A DNA stretch of 31,495 bases, taken from the IMG/VR virus record IMGVR_UViG_2778261428_000002. One strand, 5' to 3'. The stretch comes from a virus (lineage: Duplodnaviria; Heunggongvirae; Uroviricota; Caudoviricetes). Shown piece by piece: positions 26,726 to 31,495 of this stretch. The first letter of the stretch is position 1; every line of letters begins with the position of its first letter. A program made the translations under genes and the position numbers. Under the pieces are notes generated by a model. The model ran no database searches. It was not told the origin of the DNA and was given only the letters and a program-made list of their open reading frames with translations.

Positions 26726-27741
26726 ACGTCTTTATCCTCAAACTTGATATTCTCAAACAGGCAACCGCAGCCGAAGTCTTCCACCACAAAGGCATCGTTG
26801 GAGGACTCGAAGTTCTTTACCCGGTCACGTTTGGGGTTATCAATAATGGCGCGGCGGCGAGTGCCTTTCTGGACATAGATAGACAGGTTACTGAAGGCGG
26901 TGACCAGAATGGTGTTGCGCGGGAAACCCGGCACGCGCACGGCAGGGCGACCGCCGATGGTTTTCTGGCTGACCAGAATCTGCCCCGCCAGTTTTTCGCT
27001 GTTCTCATTGTGCTGGTTGAGTATCGGGAAGTATTTGTCGTGCAGGACGCCACGGCCACAAATGGCGACCAGATCTGCGCCGTCGACATGCCATTCGTCA
27101 ATCAGGTTTTCTTCGCCGTCATTGACCATGACGTCCAGATTCTCATAGTCGCCGCCTTTGCCAATGATGATTTTGCCGGAACCTTCCACACCTTCGTTCA
27201 TGACGCGTTCCGGGGCGTGGTCGCGATACTGCTGCAGCCAGCCTTTGTTAACGTCCTGCAGAAGGGGGTAACGCTGGAAGTCGGTCTGGGCTGCAACGAG
27301 GATACCGTTGAAGCCAATCAGGATGCGGTCTAATCCCTGTCGCCGGGTGATGCTGTCGCGCACGCGGATCTGAAAATCCGGGTGGGCGGCCCATGCGTCC
27401 AGTTTGGCGTATTTCAGCGCGGTGTCGTAGTTGGTTTTTTCGCAGCGGTAGCGGTTAGTCGTCATCGACGTGGGGTCGACGGGTTCACGCTCACGCTGGC
27501 TGGTATCGGTGCGGCTGGCCGTGGGGCGATCAATGCCGATGCCGACTTTTTCTCCTTCCTGATCCACCACTTCATGGACGTTGATTTTGGTCAGGAATTC
27601 TACGGACGCCTGAATTTTGGTTTCCAGCGTCTGCTGTACGGAAGGTTCTACCGTGAATTCGACGGCGGCGCTCTGGACACCGGACAGCCCGGCGACGGTT
27701 TCAACGTAAGCGTTGTATTTTAAGCGGGTTTCGTTACGCAT
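26722..27741 (-). CDS. N: Major capsid protein N (gpN-like)
   Basis: 339 aa. Resembles P2 gpN as I recall it (TRLKYNAY, FTVEPSVQQTL, GKGGDYENLD). Confidence 0.9.
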   Translation of the reverse strand: MRNETRLKYNAYVETVAGLSGVQSAAVEFTVEPSVQQTLETKIQASVEFLTKINVHEVVDQEGEKVGIGIDRPTASRTDTSQREREPVDPTSMTTNRYRCEKTNYDTALKYAKLDAWAAHPDFQIRVRDSITRRQGLDRILIGFNGILVAAQTDFQRYPLLQDVNKGWLQQYRDHAPERVMNEGVEGSGKIIIGKGGDYENLDVMVNDGEENLIDEWHVDGADLVAICGRGVLHDKYFPILNQHNENSEKLAGQILVSQKTIGGRPAVRVPGFPRNTILVTAFSNLSIYVQKGTRRRAIIDNPKRDRVKNFESSNDAFVVEDFGCGCLFENIKFEDKDV

Positions 27742-27751
27742 CGGGGGTTCC

Positions 27752-28579
27752 TTAACAGTCGGTTTTCAGGTCGGTGTTGCCACCGGTGGCAGGCTGGCGC
27801 GATGGTGTGGCCGGTTGCTTTGCAAGCTGAGTTTTCAGCGTGGAATAATCGGCCTGTAGCTGCTGATGCTGCGTTTGCAGTTCAGACAGCTCAGCGCGAA
27901 TTTGGTCGACCTGTTCGCTACAGAACGTCGCTACTTCCTCCACCGCCAGATGCACGTCGTCCCGTTGCTGGTCGTCGTGGTTCTGCTTTTTACTTAACAG
28001 CGCCTTGATGCGGGTAAACAGCGATTCGCCGCTGCTTTCCTCCACTTCTTCAAACTCCAGTTCAATCTCTTCTGCCACGCTGAAAATGTTCTCCGGCGAG
28101 CGCTTACGCGCCGCCAGCGGGTTGCTCTGCGCGCTGGCGCAGAAGGAGAGCATTTCGGTGCCGAGACTGGCCGGATCGTCGGTGACTGCCAGCCCGACCA
28201 GATAGGCTTTGCCTGTATCGGCAAATTTCGGATCGACTTCCACCGAGGTATAAACCTTCTGCCCTTTGCGGTTCATTTCGACCAATGAATCCGTTGGGGC
28301 CAGACGTGCCAGCAGCGCCAGTTTGCCTTTCAGGGGGCCGTCTTCGGCGATCTCTTCTTTCTTCACCATCGCCACGTCGCCGTAGCGTTGGAACGGGCCG
28401 TCCGGCAGGATGCCTTTCAGGTGCTCCAGATTAATGCGCGCGCCGTACACTTTTGGGCTGTATGTATCGGCCATTTGCTCGATCCACTGGCGTTCAATAG
28501 TGCGCTTGTCGCAGGTTGCGCCTTCTACGGCGATACGCACCCATTTAGAGAGCAGTTTTTTCTTTGGCTTTTTGTCCAT
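27752..28579 (-). CDS. O: Capsid scaffolding protein O (gpO-like)
   Basis: 275 aa, acidic coiled-coil C-terminal half, first gene of the head operon. Confidence 0.85.
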   Translation of the reverse strand: MDKKPKKKLLSKWVRIAVEGATCDKRTIERQWIEQMADTYSPKVYGARINLEHLKGILPDGPFQRYGDVAMVKKEEIAEDGPLKGKLALLARLAPTDSLVEMNRKGQKVYTSVEVDPKFADTGKAYLVGLAVTDDPASLGTEMLSFCASAQSNPLAARKRSPENIFSVAEEIELEFEEVEESSGESLFTRIKALLSKKQNHDDQQRDDVHLAVEEVATFCSEQVDQIRAELSELQTQHQQLQADYSTLKTQLAKQPATPSRQPATGGNTDLKTDC

Positions 28580-28651
28580 AACGTTCAGTCCCGGCGTTGG
28601 CTAAATAAGCGAATGGTCGGGTAGTCCTCCGCTATCAGGCAACGGGCTTCG

Positions 28652-28674
28652 CTTGTAATCATCCGGGTTACAAG
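28652..28674. promoter_or_regulatory. Late-promoter dyad CTTGTAA-N10-TACAAG in the O/P divergent intergenic region
   Basis: Perfect 23-bp inverted repeat, centre about 84 nt from the O start and 72 nt from the P start. A degenerate half-site lies nearer P. Confidence 0.6.
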
Positions 28675-28734
28675 CGGCATTGCTACGCGCAGGCAGCGGC
28701 TTGTTTACGCTGACGGCAGAAACGAGAGGACGTT

Positions 28735-30518
28735 ATGCCGCCAGACATCGAAAAACATCTGCTTGCCCTTCAGGATGAAGATCCACGCCGCAAAGCCCGC
28801 TATCTGTACTGGCAGGGTTTTCGCATCGCGCGGATCGCCGAACTGTTGGGGGTGAAAGTTACCACGCTGCATAGCTGGAAGCGGCGCGACGGCTGGGATG
28901 AATCCGCCCCGCTGGAGCGGGTGACGGCGGTGACCGAGGCGCGTCTGATCCAGCTCACGGTGAAGGAAAATAAAGAGGGGAAGGATTTTAAGGAGATCGA
29001 CCTGCTCTGGCGGCAGATGGAGCGCGGGGCAAGGGTTGAACGCTATCAGCAGGGAGGCAATGAGGTCGACCTGAATCCTGCTCTTGCGAAGCGTAACGCC
29101 GGGCCGCGCAGACAGCCGGAAACCAACCATATCAGCGAGGAGCAGGCGGAGAAGCTGAAACAGCTATTTCTGGACGGGCTGTATCCGCACCAGAAACACT
29201 GGTACCGCGCCGGACTGGAACACCGTATCCGCGATATCAACAAGTCGCGCCAGATTGGGGCGACGATGTTCTTCGGGCGGGAAGGGTTTATGGATGCGGT
29301 GGAAAGTGGGCGCAACCAGATCTTTCTCTCTGCTTCCAAAGCGCAGGCGCACCAGTCCGCCAGTACATTGTCGATTTTGCTCGTGAGGCGGATGTTGAGC
29401 TGAAAGGCGAAGTCATTCACCTGCCGCATAATGATAGCCGGATGTATTTTCTCGGCACTAATGCCCGCACCGCCCAGACCTATCATGGCAACCTGTATCT
29501 GGATGAATACTTCTGGATACACCGCTTTCTGGAACTGCGCCGTAACGCGGCGGGGATGGCCAGCCAGAAGCGCTGGCGGCAAACCTACTTCTCCACGCCG
29601 TCCAGCATCACCCATGAAGCCTATAAGTTCTGGACAGGGCAACTGTTCAACAAGGGCAGGCCGAAGAGCGAACAGATTCGACTGGATATCAGCCATCGGG
29701 CGCTGTCGGCAGGGCGGTTGTGTGAAGACGGCCAGTGGCGGCAAATCGTCACCGTTGAGGATGCCATCAATCAGGGTTATGACCTGTTCGACCTTGAGCA
29801 ACTCAGGCTGGAGAACTCGCCGGAAGAGTTCGCCAACCTGTTTATGTGCCAGTTTATTGACGATACCGCATCGGTATTCCCGCTCAGCATGTTGCAGGGT
29901 TGCATGGTCGATAGCTGGGAAGTCTGGGACGACTACAAGCCGTTTGCCCTGCGTCCGCTCGGCGAACGCTCGGTATGGGTGGGCTACGATCCGGCGTTAA
30001 GCGGCGACAGCGCCGGATGCGTGGTGGTCGCGCCGCCGGTCATTGAGGGCGGCAAGTTTCGGGTAATTGAAAAGCACCAGTGGCACGGGATGGACTTCGC
30101 GGCGCAGGCGGAAAATATCCGCAAAATTACCGAGCGCTATAACGTGACTTACATCGGTATTGACGTGACCGGCATCGGCCACGGCGTGCATCAACTGGTG
30201 AAACAGTTCTTCCCGGCAGTGCAGGCATTCTCTTATTCCCCAGAAGTGAAACAGCGTCTGGTGCTGAAAACGCTGGACGTTGTCCGTAAACGCCGACTGG
30301 AGTTTGACGCCGGATGGACGGATCTGGCGCAGGCATTTATGGCGATCCGCAAAACCCTGACTCCGTCCGGGCGTCAGGTAACCTTCGAGGCCAGCCGTTC
30401 GGAAGAAGTCTCCCACGCGGATCTGGCATGGGCGTGTATGCACGCCATTATCAATGAACCACTGGAAAGCTCCGGCGGCGCGAACAGCGGGCGGGGCTTA
30501 ATTAAGGTGTACGGATGA
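28735..30518 (+). pseudogene. P: Terminase large (ATPase) subunit P (gpP-like), interrupted by a frameshift
   Basis: Two adjacent ORFs in different frames (28735-29403 and 29442-30518) together cover a full terminase. The second frame reads [21 protein letters not shown] through the first ORF's stop. Total length is 3n-1, so a 1-nt loss near 29350-29362. Confidence 0.7.
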
Positions 30519-31495
30519 ATAACACAATGGCTTTCACCTTCGGTGAACCCGAAGCTCTGCTGGACAGGCGGGAAATACTGAACTATCTGGAGTGCGTAGA
30601 CTTTGGCAAATGGTATGCGCCGCCGGTGGATTTTAATTCGCTGGCGCTGTCGTTCCGCGCTTCGGCACATCATACCAGCCCGATCTGCGTGAAGCGCAAT
30701 GTGCTGGTTGGTACCTTCATACCTCATACGTTGTTGACCCGGCAGGCGTTCAGCCGCCTTGCGCTGGACTATCTGGTGTTCGGCAATGCCTATCTGGAGC
30801 GGCAGGATAACCGGCTGGGCCAGCCGTTAACGCTGGTGCCTGCGCTGGCGAAGTATGTCCGGCGCGGCAAGGCGCTGGACAGCTATTTCTTTGTTCAGCC
30901 CGGTAAAGTGGATCATGAGTTTGCGTCGGGCAGTATCGGCCACCTACTGGAGCCGGATATCAATCAGGAAATCTACGGCCTGCCTGAATACCTCTCTGCG
31001 CTGAACGCGGCATGGCTGGATAACTCCGCCACGCTGTTTCGCCGTCGCTACTACAAGAACGGCAGTCATGCCGGTTTCATCCTCTACCTGAGCGACCCAG
31101 CCCATAACGAGGCGGATATTGGGGCGTTACAGGAGGCGCTGGCGAATAGCCGTGGCCCCGGCAACTTCCGCAATCTGCTGATGTATCTGCCGAACGGCAA
31201 ACCGGACAGCGTAAAGGTGATCCCGATTGGCGAGGTGGCGGCGAAAGATAACTTCTCCGATATTAAAAGCGTCAGCCGTGACGACCAGTTAGCCGCGCAC
31301 CGGGTACCGCCCGCGCTCATGGGCGTGGTACCGAGTAACGCCGGTGGCTTTGGTGATGCCATCAAAGCGGCGAAGGTATTCAACTGCAATGAGATCGAGC
31401 CGCTGCAGGAACGCTTTAAGGAACTGAACGACTGGTTGGGGCTGGAGGTTATTCGCTTCAAAAAGTACCGCCTTGCCGACGACGATTCAGAGTAA
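30515..31495 (+). CDS. Q: Portal protein Q (gpQ-like)
   Basis: 326 aa. Start overlaps the P stop (ATGA). Ends at the window edge with TAA. Confidence 0.85.
   Translation: MNNTMAFTFGEPEALLDRREILNYLECVDFGKWYAPPVDFNSLALSFRASAHHTSPICVKRNVLVGTFIPHTLLTRQAFSRLALDYLVFGNAYLERQDNRLGQPLTLVPALAKYVRRGKALDSYFFVQPGKVDHEFASGSIGHLLEPDINQEIYGLPEYLSALNAAWLDNSATLFRRRYYKNGSHAGFILYLSDPAHNEADIGALQEALANSRGPGNFRNLLMYLPNGKPDSVKVIPIGEVAAKDNFSDIKSVSRDDQLAAHRVPPALMGVVPSNAGGFGDAIKAAKVFNCNEIEPLQERFKELNDWLGLEVIRFKKYRLADDDSE

Noticed and set aside
26614-27333. Plus-strand 239-aa ORF opposite M and N
   Set aside because: Antisense to terminase small subunit and capsid genes. Shadow ORF.
28700-28730. Second late-promoter dyad close to the P start
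   Set aside because: Only one half-site matches (CTTGTTT), and it lies about 24 nt from the start codon, too close for an upstream activator site.
1-31495. CRISPR arrays, transposases or IS elements
   Set aside because: No spacer-repeat arrays and no transposase-like ORFs found. The only tandem repeats are the in-frame tail-fibre repeats. I did not recognise any rRNA, tRNA or att site either, but a by-eye scan cannot exclude a small RNA gene.

Overview
This 31.5 kb window is almost entirely one P2-like (Peduovirinae-type) prophage, read here with its late region on the minus strand. All calls rest on reading the supplied ORF translations and the DNA by eye; no database search was run. Coordinates I derived myself (starts, motifs, repeats) may be off by 1-2 nt.

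Layout, left to right:
- 1-5044: a mosaic early/integration module. It has a P4-family tyrosine integrase (+), and on the minus strand a small regulator, an Ogr/Delta zinc-finger late activator, a P4 alpha-like primase-helicase and a 125-aa unknown.
- 5125-7578: an XRE-type HTH repressor candidate (+) followed by an AT-rich two-gene cassette. The cassette encodes a 362-aa protein of unknown function overlapping a 333-aa protein with clear RelA/SpoT (RSH) synthetase motifs. This is my best candidate for an undescribed, lysogen-expressed defence or toxin system.
- 7575-23584 (minus): the tail, baseplate and lysis genes in P2 order (D, U, T, E/E', FII, FI, G, H, I, J, W, V, S, R, lysC, lysB, endolysin, holin, X). 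A Dam methylase plus a Cys/His protein sit at the Z/fun position, and an AT-rich moron sits between S and V.
- 23590-25500: an accessory island between X and L. It carries two coupled small genes (-), a divergent RHH gene, a Doc-family toxin with a small upstream partner (+), a terminator and a small winged-helix-like gene (-).
- 25510-31495: head genes L, M, N, O (-), then terminase ATPase P (+, frameshifted) and portal Q (+).

Four copies of a 23-bp dyad (CTTGTAA-N10-TACAAG) mark likely Ogr-dependent late promoters. I saw no CRISPR array or transposase, and did not recognise any rRNA, tRNA or att site. The integrase starts at base 1, so attL probably lies just upstream of the window.
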